A stretch of 64,000 bases of DNA from Myxococcota bacterium (GTDB taxonomy: Bacteria; Myxococcota_A; UBA9160; SMWR01). The position numbers and the translations under genes were made by a program. Positions 45,125-55,736 of the stretch are shown here, piece after piece (position 1 is the first letter of the stretch; each line of letters opens with the position of its first letter). Location: assembly GCA_030749415.1 (NCBI GenBank), contig JASMKC010000027.1:5369-69368 (forward strand), in the 5' to 3' direction. The notes under the pieces were generated by a model. That model had not been told where the DNA came from. It worked only from the letters and a program-made list of their open reading frames with translations, and did no database searches.

Positions 45125-47572
45125 ATGAACGATCCGCTCTTCTCCGAGACCCCCGACACGGTGGTCCGCGTCGCGCTGCCCGTGCCGGCCGACGAACTCT
45201 TCGACTACGCCGTGCCCGACCGGCTCGCCGCCGCGGCACGGCCCGGGTGTCGCGTGCGGGTCGGTTTCGCCGGCCGCACGCTCACGGGCGTGGTGGTCGA
45301 GGCAGGCGAGCCGCGACGCTTCCGCGACGGCCTGCGCCCAATCGAAACCGTGATCGACCCTGAGCCAGCTCTCTCGGACACCCTGATTGGAATCCTACGC
45401 GAGGAGGCGGCCGAGATCCTCTGCCCGGTGGGAATCGCGATCGCCGCGGCCCTGCCTCCGGGATCCTCGCCCAAGACCGCCACAGGTTGGCAACTGACCG
45501 CGCGAGGTCACGCGGCACTCGAGGCCGGCGTGCTCCGAGGAAAAGCTGAAACGCTGCTGGCGGATCTGGCGGACCGCCCCCGCCCGGCGACCTGGCTGCG
45601 CCGACGCAGTTCACCGGAGCTGCTCGCCGACCTCGAATGCGACGGACTGATCGCAACCCTGAGGCTCGAGCGGTCTCCGACGGCGCGCGCCGCCACCGTG
45701 CGGCAGGCCGAACTGGCGCCGGGAGTCGACGCGGCCAGTACCGCCTCGCAGGCTCTGGCCCGGGCACCCCAGCAGGCCGCGCTGCTGCTCGAACTGGAAC
45801 GCAGGGGGCCGACACCGGTGAGCGCCCTCCGCGACGCCTTCCCCACGGCGCCCGCACTACTGAGACCCCTCGCCACCCGGGGACTCGTCGTCCTGAAGGA
45901 GGTCCCGGCGCCGCGCGACGTGCTCGGCACCCCACTCCACGACGAGCCGGCGGTGCGCCTCACCGCCGAGCAGGCCGATGCGCTCAAGCCGATCTCCGAC
46001 GCAGTCGGCGCCCGAGAGGCGCGCACCTTCCTGCTCCACGGCGTGACCGGAAGCGGAAAGACCGAGGTGTACCTGCGCGCGGTGGCAAAGGCACTGCGCA
46101 TGGGACGCCAGGCCCTGGTGCTGGTACCCGAGATCACGCTCACCCACCAGATCCTGGCGCGCTTGCGCGCGCGTTTCGGCGACGGTATGGCGGTGCTGCA
46201 CTCGGGACTGCGGCCCGGCGAACGGCTCGAGCAGTGGCAGCGGCTGCATTCGAAGGAGGTGCCGATCGCCGTCGGGGCGCGCTCGGCTCTCTTCGCTCCG
46301 CTCGAGAACCTGGGCGTGATCGTGGTCGACGAGGAGCACGACACGGCGTACAAGAGCGGGGACGGGTTCCGCTACCACGCGCGCGACCTGGCTCGGCGCC
46401 GAGCCGCTGCAGCCAACTGCCCCCTCGTGCTCGGCTCCGCGACGCCCTCCCTCGAGACGCGCTTCGCCGCCGACAGCGGCGAACTCGAACGTCTCTCGCT
46501 GCCGTCGCGAATCGGCGGGCGGCCGCTGCCCGCCGTCGAAATCGTCGACCTGCAGCGCGAACGCGAACTCACACCCCGGGGACGAAAAATCGTGCTCTCG
46601 AACCTGCTGGCACGAGCGCTCCGGAAAACCCTCGACGACGATGGGCAGGCCATCCTCTTCCTCAACCGGCGCGGCTTCTCGACGCAGATCCTCTGCTACG
46701 CCTGCGGACACGCCGAGAGCTGCCCCGACTGCGATATCGCATTGGTCTTCCACGCTACGGAACACGAGCTGCGCTGCCATTACTGCGATCATCGCAAACC
46801 TCCCCCCGAGGTCTGCGCCGGCTGCGGCGCGCCGGACCACGCACTGCTCGGCATCGGCACCGAACGCCTGGAGGAGGAGTTGCACAGCCGCTTCCCCGGC
46901 GCGCGCATCGCGCGGCTCGATCGCGACACCGCTTCCCAGCGCGGCACGACGGAACAAGTGTTGTCGGACCTTCGCGCGCGCCGGCTCGACGTGGTGGTGG
47001 GCACCCAGATGGTGGCCAAAGGCCACGACTTCCCCGGCGTGCGGCTGGTCGGCGTCGTGCTCGCAGATATCGGCCTGCACCTGCCCGATTTCCGTGCGGC
47101 CGAGCGCACCTTCCAACTGCTGACACAAGTGGCAGGCCGCGCAGGCCGCGACCGGGCGCCCGGACAGGTGGTGGTGCAGACCTACGCGCCCCAGCACTAC
47201 GCCGTAAAGCCGGTGCGCCGCCACGACTATGAGGCCTTCTATGCCGAGGAACTCTCGCACCGGGCGGCCCTCGGCTACCCCCCGTTCGGCAGCCTCGCCC
47301 ACGCGGTCGTGTCCGGACCCGACGCCGAGGTGACGCAGGCGGCAGCCCATGCGCTCGCCCTGCGGGCCGGGCACGAGCCGGGCACGGAACTGCTGGGGCC
47401 CGCTCCAGCGCCGCTGGCGCGGTTGCGCGGCCGGCACCGCTTCCAACTCCTCGTCAAGGGCGCCGATGCCGACGCGGTGCGGCGCGCGGCGCGCCGCCTG
47501 CGCAAAGCGGCGGAAAAACTTCCCGGGGGTGTCCAGGCGGTAATAGATCCGCGGCCCATACACATGTTGTAG
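45125..47572 (+). CDS. priA: Primosomal protein N' (replication restart helicase PriA)
   Basis: Trimmed to ATG 45125. HGVTGSGKTEVY, VDEEHD, Cys-rich zinc region CYACGHAESCPDC...CHYC...CAGCG. Confidence 0.93.
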   Translation: MNDPLFSETPDTVVRVALPVPADELFDYAVPDRLAAAARPGCRVRVGFAGRTLTGVVVEAGEPRRFRDGLRPIETVIDPEPALSDTLIGILREEAAEILCPVGIAIAAALPPGSSPKTATGWQLTARGHAALEAGVLRGKAETLLADLADRPRPATWLRRRSSPELLADLECDGLIATLRLERSPTARAATVRQAELAPGVDAASTASQALARAPQQAALLLELERRGPTPVSALRDAFPTAPALLRPLATRGLVVLKEVPAPRDVLGTPLHDEPAVRLTAEQADALKPISDAVGAREARTFLLHGVTGSGKTEVYLRAVAKALRMGRQALVLVPEITLTHQILARLRARFGDGMAVLHSGLRPGERLEQWQRLHSKEVPIAVGARSALFAPLENLGVIVVDEEHDTAYKSGDGFRYHARDLARRRAAAANCPLVLGSATPSLETRFAADSGELERLSLPSRIGGRPLPAVEIVDLQRERELTPRGRKIVLSNLLARALRKTLDDDGQAILFLNRRGFSTQILCYACGHAESCPDCDIALVFHATEHELRCHYCDHRKPPPEVCAGCGAPDHALLGIGTERLEEELHSRFPGARIARLDRDTASQRGTTEQVLSDLRARRLDVVVGTQMVAKGHDFPGVRLVGVVLADIGLHLPDFRAAERTFQLLTQVAGRAGRDRAPGQVVVQTYAPQHYAVKPVRRHDYEAFYAEELSHRAALGYPPFGSLAHAVVSGPDAEVTQAAAHALALRAGHEPGTELLGPAPAPLARLRGRHRFQLLVKGADADAVRRAARRLRKAAEKLPGGVQAVIDPRPIHML

Positions 47573-47581
47573 CCTCCGGGC

Positions 47582-48121
47582 ATGGCGCTGCGCGAAGTTC
47601 TCCAGTTCCCCAACAAATTTCTGCGGGAAAAGTCCGATCCGGTCGACGCCATCACCGACGAGTTCCGCACCCTGGCCCTCGACATGCTCGACGTGATGTA
47701 CGACGAGCCAGGCATCGGGCTGGCAGCGCCCCAGGTGGGTGTGGGCATCCGGCTCATCGTCGTCGATACCCAGTGGAACGAGGACAGCGCCGAGCGCAAC
47801 CCACTGGTGCTCGTGAACCCGGAACTCACCGAGCGCAGCGGCAACAACACCTGGAACGAGGCCTGCCTCTCCGTGCCCGACTTCCGGGCCGACGTCCCGC
47901 GCTCCGAGTTCGTGCACCTCTCAGCGCACGATCTCGACGGCCGGGCAGTGGAGATCGACGCCGAGGGAATCCAGTCCGTGTGTTTCCAGCACGAAATCGA
48001 CCATCTCGACGGTATCCTCTTCATCGACCGCATCAGCCACCTGAAGCGCGAAATGTACGTGCGCAAGCGCAGGAAGCAGCTCCGCCAGGAAGAACTCGAA
48101 GCGGTCGGCGGCCCGGACTGA
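47582..48121 (+). CDS. def: Peptide deformylase
   Basis: GIGLAAPQVG, EACLSVP, QHEIDHLDG motifs. Confidence 0.95.
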   Translation: MALREVLQFPNKFLREKSDPVDAITDEFRTLALDMLDVMYDEPGIGLAAPQVGVGIRLIVVDTQWNEDSAERNPLVLVNPELTERSGNNTWNEACLSVPDFRADVPRSEFVHLSAHDLDGRAVEIDAEGIQSVCFQHEIDHLDGILFIDRISHLKREMYVRKRRKQLRQEELEAVGGPD

Positions 48122-48134
48122 GCCGCTGCGCGCC

Positions 48135-49085
48135 CTGCGGCTCGTCTTCTTCGGAACCCCCGCCTACGCGGTGCCGACCCTCGAGCGGCTTCGGGACGGC
48201 CCGCACGAACTCGTCGCCGTCGTAAGCCAACCCGACCGACCGCGCGGGCGCCGGCGCCGGAGTGAGCCCTCTCCCGTGGCACATGCGGCCCGCGAGTCCG
48301 GGCTCTTCGCGCTGCGGGTACCGACAGTGGGCACTCCCGAAGTGGCCGAGGCCCTGGCGGCGCGAACGCCCGACCTGGGCGTGGTGGTCGCATTCGGCCA
48401 GTTCATTCCCAAACATATTCGAGAGTTGCCGACTCTCGGCTACTGCATCAACGGACACGCCAGCCTGTTGCCGCGCTGGCGCGGCGCAGCGCCGATCGCT
48501 CACGCGATCCTGGCCGGAGACACGCGGACCGGCGTCACGCTGATGCGACTCGAGCGCGAGATGGACGCCGGACCGGTCGCGAGCCAACGCGCGATCGAGA
48601 TCACCTCGGAGGAGACCACCGGTGAACTCTCCGAGCGACTGGCGAAGCTCACGGCGGAGATGGTCGCCGAAGCGGTGCACGAAATTGCCGCCGGACACAC
48701 GCACTGGACGCCCCAGTCCACGGAGGGAGTCCTGCTCGCGCCCAAGCTCGACCGGGAACAATCCCGGCTCGATTTCCGTGAAAGCGCAGAGTCGCTGGTG
48801 CGGCGGGTGCGGGCCTTCTCGCCCTCGCCCGGCGCCACCGTCGAATGGGGGGACCAAGCGCTTCGCATCCACTCCGCCCGCGCCGAGCCCGGCCCGGTCG
48901 ACACGGCGCCGGGCACGGTGAGCCTCGGCGGCGATTCGGGGCTCCGCATCGCCACCCGGGATGGATGGTTCGCGCCGCGGGTGCTCCAACGCCCCGGCAG
49001 ACGCCCGCTCGAGGCTCCCGCATTCCTGCGCGGCCACCCCATCCCCGACGGAGCGCGCTTCAAACCCGCACCGGCCGACGGCTGA
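48135..49085 (+). CDS. fmt: Methionyl-tRNA formyltransferase; start probably non-canonical (CTG 48135 or 48126)
   Basis: HASLLPRWRGAAPI motif. The conserved N-terminus LRLVFFGTPAYAVPTL lies upstream of the first ATG/GTG/TTG (GTG 48171) and downstream of the in-frame stop at 48042-48044. Confidence 0.85.
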   Translation: MRLVFFGTPAYAVPTLERLRDGPHELVAVVSQPDRPRGRRRRSEPSPVAHAARESGLFALRVPTVGTPEVAEALAARTPDLGVVVAFGQFIPKHIRELPTLGYCINGHASLLPRWRGAAPIAHAILAGDTRTGVTLMRLEREMDAGPVASQRAIEITSEETTGELSERLAKLTAEMVAEAVHEIAAGHTHWTPQSTEGVLLAPKLDREQSRLDFRESAESLVRRVRAFSPSPGATVEWGDQALRIHSARAEPGPVDTAPGTVSLGGDSGLRIATRDGWFAPRVLQRPGRRPLEAPAFLRGHPIPDGARFKPAPADG

Positions 49086-49106
49086 AGTTGTCGATAGACT
49101 CCCCAC

Positions 49107-50534
49107 ATGGGAACCATCCGATCGAGGCGAGCGCGCCCTCGCCGCGGCCGGCCGCGACGACCGGGGGGTGCGGGACGGGCGGCTCCGACCCAGGCCCGGC
49201 TGCTGGCGCTGCGCGTGCTCGAGCGCGTAGAACGCACCAGTTCCTACGCCGACCGGTTGCTGCACGCGCAACTCGGACACAGCCGGCTGAACGCGGCGGA
49301 CCGGGCCTTCGCCACGGATCTGGTGAACGGCACCCTGCGCTGGCGCGGCCGCCTGGACTTTCTGCTCGCACAGCTCGTCGAGCGCGATCTCGAGAAACTC
49401 GAACCGATGCTCACCAATGCGTTGCGCATCGGCGCCTACCAGATCGTCTGCAACGACCGGGTTCCAGACCGCGCCGCCGTGGACCAGACGGTGCGGTCAG
49501 TGCGCGCGGCAGGGGCCGAGCACGCCACGGGGTTCGTCAACGCCGTGCTGAGGCGATTGGCTGCCGAGCACCGGGACATGCGGCTGCCATCGCTCGAGAC
49601 CGACCCGCTCGGGCACCTGACCCACGCGCTCTCGTTGCCGGCGTGGCTCGCCGACCGCTGGCTCGAGCAATTCGGGCCGGTCGAGGCCATTGCCCTGGCG
49701 GAGGCCTGCAACCGAGTGCCACCGCTATGCGTGCGGGCCAACCGGCAGCGCACGACCCGTGACGCGCTCCTGACAGAACTCCGCACCCGGTTTCCCGGCG
49801 CAATGCCTTGCCACTTCGCGGGCGATGGCGTGGTGCTGGGCCACCGCGGCCACCCGGGCCTCGACCCCGCCTTTCTCGGGGGCCGGTTCACCGTGCAGGA
49901 CGAGGCATCCCAACTCGTGGTGGCATTTCTCGACCCCCAGCCTGGCGAGCGGGTACTCGACGTCTGCTCGGCGCCGGGGGGCAAGGCCACCGGAATCGCG
50001 GAGCGCATGGGACCCGGTGGCGAAGTGGTCGCGTTGGATCGCAACTCCCGGCGACTCGACCTGGTGCGACGCCACGTCCGCCGGCTCGGACTCTCGGACG
50101 TTCGCTGTATCGAACGGGACGCGACCCAGGCCCTGGACAATCTCACGCCAACACCCGGTTTCGACCGGGTACTGGTGGACGCGCCCTGCTCGGGCCTCGG
50201 CACACTGCGGCGCAATCCGGACGCACGTTGGCGCGTCAGACCCGACGACCCCGCGCGCCTCGCCGAGGTACAGCGCACGCTTCTACTCAGCGCGGCGGCG
50301 GCCTTGAGGCCGGGCGGCGTGCTCGTCTACAGTACCTGCACCGTGCTCCCGGAAGAAAACGAGAACCTGGTTCGCTCCTTCCTGGCCGAGGCACCGGGCT
50401 TTCGGCGGGCTCCGACCGAGGAGGTCGCGCCCGAGTTGCACCCGCTCCTGGACGCCGAAGGAACACTGCGCGTCATGCCTCATATTCACGACGGAGACGG
50501 GTTTTTCGCGGTGCGGATGGTGCGGGTCTCGTGA
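49107..50534 (+). CDS. rsmB: 16S rRNA (cytosine967-C5)-methyltransferase RsmB/Sun
   Basis: NusB-like N-domain. VLDVCSAPGGKAT, DRVLVDAPCSGLGTLRRNPD, YSTCT. Confidence 0.9.
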   Translation: MGTIRSRRARPRRGRPRRPGGAGRAAPTQARLLALRVLERVERTSSYADRLLHAQLGHSRLNAADRAFATDLVNGTLRWRGRLDFLLAQLVERDLEKLEPMLTNALRIGAYQIVCNDRVPDRAAVDQTVRSVRAAGAEHATGFVNAVLRRLAAEHRDMRLPSLETDPLGHLTHALSLPAWLADRWLEQFGPVEAIALAEACNRVPPLCVRANRQRTTRDALLTELRTRFPGAMPCHFAGDGVVLGHRGHPGLDPAFLGGRFTVQDEASQLVVAFLDPQPGERVLDVCSAPGGKATGIAERMGPGGEVVALDRNSRRLDLVRRHVRRLGLSDVRCIERDATQALDNLTPTPGFDRVLVDAPCSGLGTLRRNPDARWRVRPDDPARLAEVQRTLLLSAAAALRPGGVLVYSTCTVLPEENENLVRSFLAEAPGFRRAPTEEVAPELHPLLDAEGTLRVMPHIHDGDGFFAVRMVRVS

Positions 50535-51196
50535 GCCGAGGCGCGCCGCGCATCGCACCGTCGATTCTCTCGGCGGACTTCACGCGCCTGGGCGCGGAGC
50601 TGGCGGCAATGGAAGCCGCCGGGGCAGACTGGATCCACGTCGACGTGATGGACGGGCGCTTCGTGCCAAACATCACGCTCGGGCCGTTCATCGTCGAGGC
50701 GGTCAAGCGCTCGACCCGCCTGCCCCTGGACGTTCACCTCATGATCGAAGCGCCCGAACGCTTCGTCGAGGCTTTCGTGCGCGCCGGCGCATCGACCGTG
50801 GGCGTGCAGGTGGAAGCCTGCCGGCACCTCCATCGGACCGTAGGGCAGATCCGCGACGCCGGGGCCCGCGCCTGCGTCGTGCTCAACCCGGCCACGCCTG
50901 CAGCGGCGGTGGAGCCGGTGCTCGGCGACGTCGACCAGGTCCTGGTGATGACGGTGAACCCCGGCTTCGGTGGCCAGAAGTTCATCGAGAGCACGCTCCC
51001 CAAAATCGAGACGCTGCGGGGCTGGATCGATGCACGCGGCCTCAACGTGGCCCTCGAAGTCGACGGGGGGGTCGCCATCGAAACGATTGGCCGCGCCGCG
51101 GCAGCCGGAGCCGACGTTTTCGTGACCGGAACCGCCGTCTTCGGAGCGCCGGACTACGCCGACGCAATCGCCGCCCTGCGACGGGCTGCGAGCTGA
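50531..51196 (+). CDS. rpe: Ribulose-phosphate 3-epimerase
   Basis: GTG 50531 overlaps the rsmB stop (GTGA). IAPSILSADF, HVDVMDG, MTVNPGFGGQKF, VDGG. Confidence 0.93.
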   Translation: MSRGAPRIAPSILSADFTRLGAELAAMEAAGADWIHVDVMDGRFVPNITLGPFIVEAVKRSTRLPLDVHLMIEAPERFVEAFVRAGASTVGVQVEACRHLHRTVGQIRDAGARACVVLNPATPAAAVEPVLGDVDQVLVMTVNPGFGGQKFIESTLPKIETLRGWIDARGLNVALEVDGGVAIETIGRAAAAGADVFVTGTAVFGAPDYADAIAALRRAAS

Positions 51197-51275
51197 GTCC
51201 GAACCGAGCGTCCCCACCCCGGGTTAGGGTACGCTTACGGCTCCTCGAGCCCCGAACTGACTGGGCACATTGGTC

Positions 51276-52112
51276 ATGACCCCCATGCGCTCCCGCTACC
51301 TCGCCGCGAGCCTGCTTCTCGCTGTCATCGGCTTCGGCATCCGCGCCAACGCCGGCAAAGAAGAGGCCTTCCCCGACGGGCTGAGCGGTCGCGACGTCTA
51401 CGAGCGCGTCGTCGCCAATCGCTTCCGCTCCTTCGCCCAGAAATCGACGCTCCTCTCCGCGGATCGAACCGGCCGCCAACAGGAGAGCCGTTTCCACATG
51501 AAGTGGCAGGATTTTCGGCCGCTGGACGGAACGCAGCTTCCGGACGCTTCCATCCTGTCGAAGACACTCGTGCGCTACTCCCACCCCTTCGACCTGCGGC
51601 ACGCCGGCTACCTGATCCAGACCAACCGCGATCGGGTCAGCGACCAGTTCGTCTACTACCCCTCGAAGCGACGGGTGGTGCGCGTCAGCCTGCGAAACGA
51701 GGCCGTCTATGGCACAGACTTCAGCTTCGAGGACGTGGTACCCCGAGAGGCGGGAGACTTCGAGTACCAGCGGCAGGCCGACGCCGAGATCGACGGTGTT
51801 CCGGTCTACGTCGTCGAGCTCTTTCCGGTGGAATTCACCCGGTCCGAATACTCGCGCATACGCGTTTTCGTGGACCAGAAGCGGGCGGTCGTCGTGAGGG
51901 CGCGCTACTGGGACAACGCCGGCGTCGAGATCAAGGAGCTGCGAGCTTCCCCGAACCAGATCCGGGAGTTCGCGGGCATCTTCGTCCCGATGCAGGCCAC
52001 CATGCGAAACCTTCTCCTCGACTCGAGCACGACTCTGGTGGTGAACGCGATCGAGGTGAACCCGGAGTTCAACAACGACACCTGGAACCTACGCCGCCTC
52101 GAAGGACACTGA
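51276..52112 (+). CDS. Outer-membrane lipoprotein-sorting (LolA-like) family protein
   Basis: Signal peptide MTPMRSRYLAASLLLAVIGFGIRANA. YGTDFSFEDV pattern typical of the LolA-like family often paired with RND/MMPL exporters. Start +/- 9 nt. Confidence 0.7.
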   Translation: MTPMRSRYLAASLLLAVIGFGIRANAGKEEAFPDGLSGRDVYERVVANRFRSFAQKSTLLSADRTGRQQESRFHMKWQDFRPLDGTQLPDASILSKTLVRYSHPFDLRHAGYLIQTNRDRVSDQFVYYPSKRRVVRVSLRNEAVYGTDFSFEDVVPREAGDFEYQRQADAEIDGVPVYVVELFPVEFTRSEYSRIRVFVDQKRAVVVRARYWDNAGVEIKELRASPNQIREFAGIFVPMQATMRNLLLDSSTTLVVNAIEVNPEFNNDTWNLRRLEGH

Positions 52113-52131
52113 CGCCCCGGAGTTGTCTGGC

Positions 52132-54507
52132 TCAGAACTTCCAGCGCACCAGGATCGCGGGCAGCAGCAGCAGGTCCGTCGCGGCGCAGGTCGCCATGGT
52201 GAATGCGGTGAGCAACCCGAACTGGCGCAGCGTCGCGAACTCCGAAGCCGAAACCGACAAGAAACCCAGCGTGAGCATCAGCGCGGCGATCGCCACGGGC
52301 CGGCCCACCTGAAGCCCGGTTCGCGCCACGGCCTGCTCCGGGTCCGCCCCCGCCAAGCGTTCGGCCCGGTAGCGCACCAGGTAGTGGGCGGTCGCATCGA
52401 TGGCGATACCGAGCGCCACACTGCCGATCAGGCTGGTGGGAAGCGACAGCGGCGCCGCACCGAGCCCGAGCACACCGAAGAAAATGAGGACCGGCACGAC
52501 GTTCGGAAGCATCGCTACCGCACCGAAGCGCACGGAACGCAGCCCGACACTGAGGAGCACAAAGATCACCAGCGCAGCAGTCGCGACCGTGCGCGGCTGG
52601 CTGCGGGCAACCCCATCGGCTGCGCGGTTGAGCAGAACGGCGTGTCCGGTAACGGCGGTGAGAACCGATTCGGGAAACGCCCGGTCGGCCAGAATCGCCT
52701 CGATGCGATCGGTGAGAGCCCGCACTGCAGCCGAACCGACCTCGCCGGTCCGGACCACGATGTTCGCCGCGCCGTGATTGACCGTGGCGAATCGCGATAA
52801 GTCGTCCTTGGGAAACATGAAGAGGAGTTCGGTAACACCCGCCCGTGTCTCGGGGATGCGCTCGGCGGCCGGGTCGTCGGCCTCGACCGCCCGGTGGAGA
52901 CGGCGCATGCCGTCCAGGAACGAGAGGGTCCGGCTGACGCCGGGAATTCTTTCGAGCCGTTCCTCGAGCGCCTCGACCCGGTGCAGCAATTCGGGCTCGC
53001 GGAATGCGCCCGGTTCTCCCCCATCGAGAACGATGAAGAGCGGCACCGCGCCGGCAAGGAGATGATTGATGCGATCGAACTCGACCCGCACGGGCGCATC
53101 GGCGTCGAAGAAACTCAGGTAGTCCGTGTCGATCACGATCCGTGGGATCGCGGCGAGGGCCCCGATCGTGATCGCGGCGAAGACACCGATCACTGCTCCG
53201 GGGCGCGCACACGCCAGGCCGGCGGCCGCTGCCAGCCCACGGTCGAGAGCGCGGCGCAATCCGGCCGTGCGCCCGGGAACCGCCCGCCGCTCGCGGAGCG
53301 GCAATAGGGCCAGAGCAGCAGGTACCGCGGTAAGCGACAAAAGCGTCACCGACAGGACACCGAGGATCGAGAAGGCACCAATCTCGAATACGGCCGGAAC
53401 ATCGGTCGTGAGCAGAGCGGCGAAGCCAACCGCAGTGGTGACCCCCGCAACCAGGACGGGGACCCGCATGCTCAGGCAGGTGCGCAGCACCACCTCCTCG
53501 CGCGAGCCACCCCGCTCCGCCTCTTCGTCGTACCGGCTCACGACGTGGACGCCGTAAACGCTGCCGATCGCCACCAGCGTCGGTGCCAGCAGAATCGTCA
53601 GCACCGTGAGGGGACGCTCCAGGAACGCGATCGCCCCGAAGGTCCAGACCACGGCTGCGAGCAGGGAGAGCAGGGGCAACACAACGCCGCGCGGAGTCCC
53701 GGAGACCGCCGCCAGTACCAAGGCGACCACCACGAGCCCCAGGGGAACCAGCACGGCGAGGTCACGCGTCATCGTGTGGTACATGAGCGCCTTCACGTGT
53801 GGCCGGCCCGAGACATGGAAGCGCCGATCCTCCCGGGTCTCGGCATCGAGCAGCGAGCGGATCCGCACATCGATCCCGGCTGCGATGAAGTCGAGATCCG
53901 TCATGGGCTTGAAGCGCACGTTGAGGGCCGCCGTCCGCCCGTCGTCCGAGACGATGTTGCGCCGGTAGAGCGGATTTTTGAGCGCTCGCTCGCGAAGCGT
54001 GTCGAGGGCGGCCGGATCCGACGGAATCTCCTCGATGAAGGGGCGCACCTCCAGCCATTCCTTCTCCGGGACGTACCGGAAGGAAGTGACCCGCGCGAGG
54101 CTCGTCACGCTGCGCACCCCATCGATCCGCGAGATGGCATCGCCGACGCGCCTCAAAGCGGCGAGGTTGTCCGGGCGGAAGACGCCGCCGCACTCCATTG
54201 CCACTACGTAGACCTGGTCGTCGCCGAAGTCGCGAACCGCCCCGCGGTAGATGCCGACTCCGGCGTCGCCCGTGGGCAGCAGCGGCTCCGTCGAGGGGTC
54301 GACCCGGAGATTCAAGCCAAGCGGAAACGGGCGCACGAGGGCCGCGAACCCGCAAAGGGTGACCAGGCCGAGCGCCAACAGTATCGTCCGCGGATGCGCC
54401 ACCACAGCCCGAGGGCGCAGCGATGCCAGGGTGAGGGTCCCACCCAGGAAGAGTGCACACAGAACGGCGAAGCTCGCCGGGTCGACCGGAACCCCTGCCT
54501 CAGGCAT
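52132..54507 (-). CDS. RND-superfamily exporter (MMPL/HpnN-like)
   Basis: 791 aa with two 6-TM bundles, each preceded by a large loop, and an internal duplication pattern. Confidence 0.8.
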   Translation of the reverse strand: MPEAGVPVDPASFAVLCALFLGGTLTLASLRPRAVVAHPRTILLALGLVTLCGFAALVRPFPLGLNLRVDPSTEPLLPTGDAGVGIYRGAVRDFGDDQVYVVAMECGGVFRPDNLAALRRVGDAISRIDGVRSVTSLARVTSFRYVPEKEWLEVRPFIEEIPSDPAALDTLRERALKNPLYRRNIVSDDGRTAALNVRFKPMTDLDFIAAGIDVRIRSLLDAETREDRRFHVSGRPHVKALMYHTMTRDLAVLVPLGLVVVALVLAAVSGTPRGVVLPLLSLLAAVVWTFGAIAFLERPLTVLTILLAPTLVAIGSVYGVHVVSRYDEEAERGGSREEVVLRTCLSMRVPVLVAGVTTAVGFAALLTTDVPAVFEIGAFSILGVLSVTLLSLTAVPAALALLPLRERRAVPGRTAGLRRALDRGLAAAAGLACARPGAVIGVFAAITIGALAAIPRIVIDTDYLSFFDADAPVRVEFDRINHLLAGAVPLFIVLDGGEPGAFREPELLHRVEALEERLERIPGVSRTLSFLDGMRRLHRAVEADDPAAERIPETRAGVTELLFMFPKDDLSRFATVNHGAANIVVRTGEVGSAAVRALTDRIEAILADRAFPESVLTAVTGHAVLLNRAADGVARSQPRTVATAALVIFVLLSVGLRSVRFGAVAMLPNVVPVLIFFGVLGLGAAPLSLPTSLIGSVALGIAIDATAHYLVRYRAERLAGADPEQAVARTGLQVGRPVAIAALMLTLGFLSVSASEFATLRQFGLLTAFTMATCAATDLLLLPAILVRWKF

Positions 54508-54559
54508 ATTCCGCGCTAGTCTACGCGATGCGCAACCGCAGGACGCGCGCGGATCGAGT

Positions 54560-54636
<77 letters not shown>

Positions 54637-55068
54637 TTCCGGCCCACCGGATCTGTCTCATGTGCCAATCAATGGGTTCCCGCAGCCTCGAAAGCATCGC
54701 CGTCGGACCACACCCGGCTTGTCCCGGTCCAGCGCCTCCATTCTCCATTCGCATAGGCAGGGTCCTTCCTCCGCAGGGCACCACGCCGGCTCCTCCATCA
54801 CATTCCTGCGGCAAGTCGACGGTGACCATTGTGCAAATCGACGAACCAACCATGCGGTTCCCGTCTAGGAATGGAAAACGTTCGAAGCAACACCGCGCAA
54901 TGGGGAAACCGGATTTTTGCGTTGACACCATTCACGAGTACGTGTCACCTTGTCTAAAAGAACCCACAAATCCAAGAAATAGAGAACCTGCTTCTTGCAT
55001 CCATGGTTCAATAGTTCAGCCTTGGTCGAGAATCCGGAGAACGCGACCAGGTGAGAGGCCCAGACGTC

Positions 55069-55344
55069 ATGAACTTCAGCGCACCCGACGATGCAGTCAC
55101 GAGAGAGCAGCTCGCCTGGGAACTGGCCGAACTCTTCAACGAACTCTCCATCGAACACGTAAACAAGATGCTGGCAGAGAACGTGCCCCTGGAAGTGCTC
55201 CGTTTCGCGACCGGCTACGGCGACGACTTCTCGGAGGTCCACGGCCTCGACGAGGGGGTGCGCTGCCAGCTTCCCAACCTCCTGGTGCTGGGCTATCTGC
55301 TGCGCGTGCTCGAAGAGAGGCTGCTCGAAGACGGCTCGGAGTGA
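55069..55344 (+). CDS. Small acidic hypothetical protein
   Basis: Good GC3. The stop overlaps the ridA GTG (GTGA). ORF 55051..55344 trimmed to ATG 55069. Confidence 0.55.
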   Translation: MNFSAPDDAVTREQLAWELAELFNELSIEHVNKMLAENVPLEVLRFATGYGDDFSEVHGLDEGVRCQLPNLLVLGYLLRVLEERLLEDGSE

Positions 55345-55718
55345 AGAGCGTCCGCTCCGACGACGCCCCGGCACCCGTCGGTCCCTACTCCCAGGCAATC
55401 GTATGCGACGGGTGGGTCTTCGCATCCGGCCAGGTTCCGCTCGACCCCGCCAGGGGAAAGCTGGTGGACGGCGGCATCGAGGCGCAGACGCGACGCGTAC
55501 TGGAAAACCTCCGTGCGGTGCTCCAGGCCGCCGGGTCCGGCCTGGACAGCGTGGTCCGCACGACGATCTACCTGACGGATCTCGGCGACTTCAAGCGGGT
55601 GAACGCCATCTACGCCGAGCAGTTTCCGAACGAGCCGCAGCCCGCCCGTTCCACAGTTCAGGTGGCGGCTTTGCCATTGGGCGCTCAGATCGAAATCGAT
55701 TGCATCGCCCGTGCGTAG
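55341..55718 (+). CDS. ridA: RidA/YjgF-family reactive-intermediate deaminase
   Basis: APAPVGPYSQAI...ASGQVPLDP...TTIYLTDLGDF..VN..Y...PARSTVQVAALPLGAQIEIDCIA. Confidence 0.9.
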   Translation: MKSVRSDDAPAPVGPYSQAIVCDGWVFASGQVPLDPARGKLVDGGIEAQTRRVLENLRAVLQAAGSGLDSVVRTTIYLTDLGDFKRVNAIYAEQFPNEPQPARSTVQVAALPLGAQIEIDCIARA

Positions 55719-55736
55719 CTCGGGCGATGCATCGTG

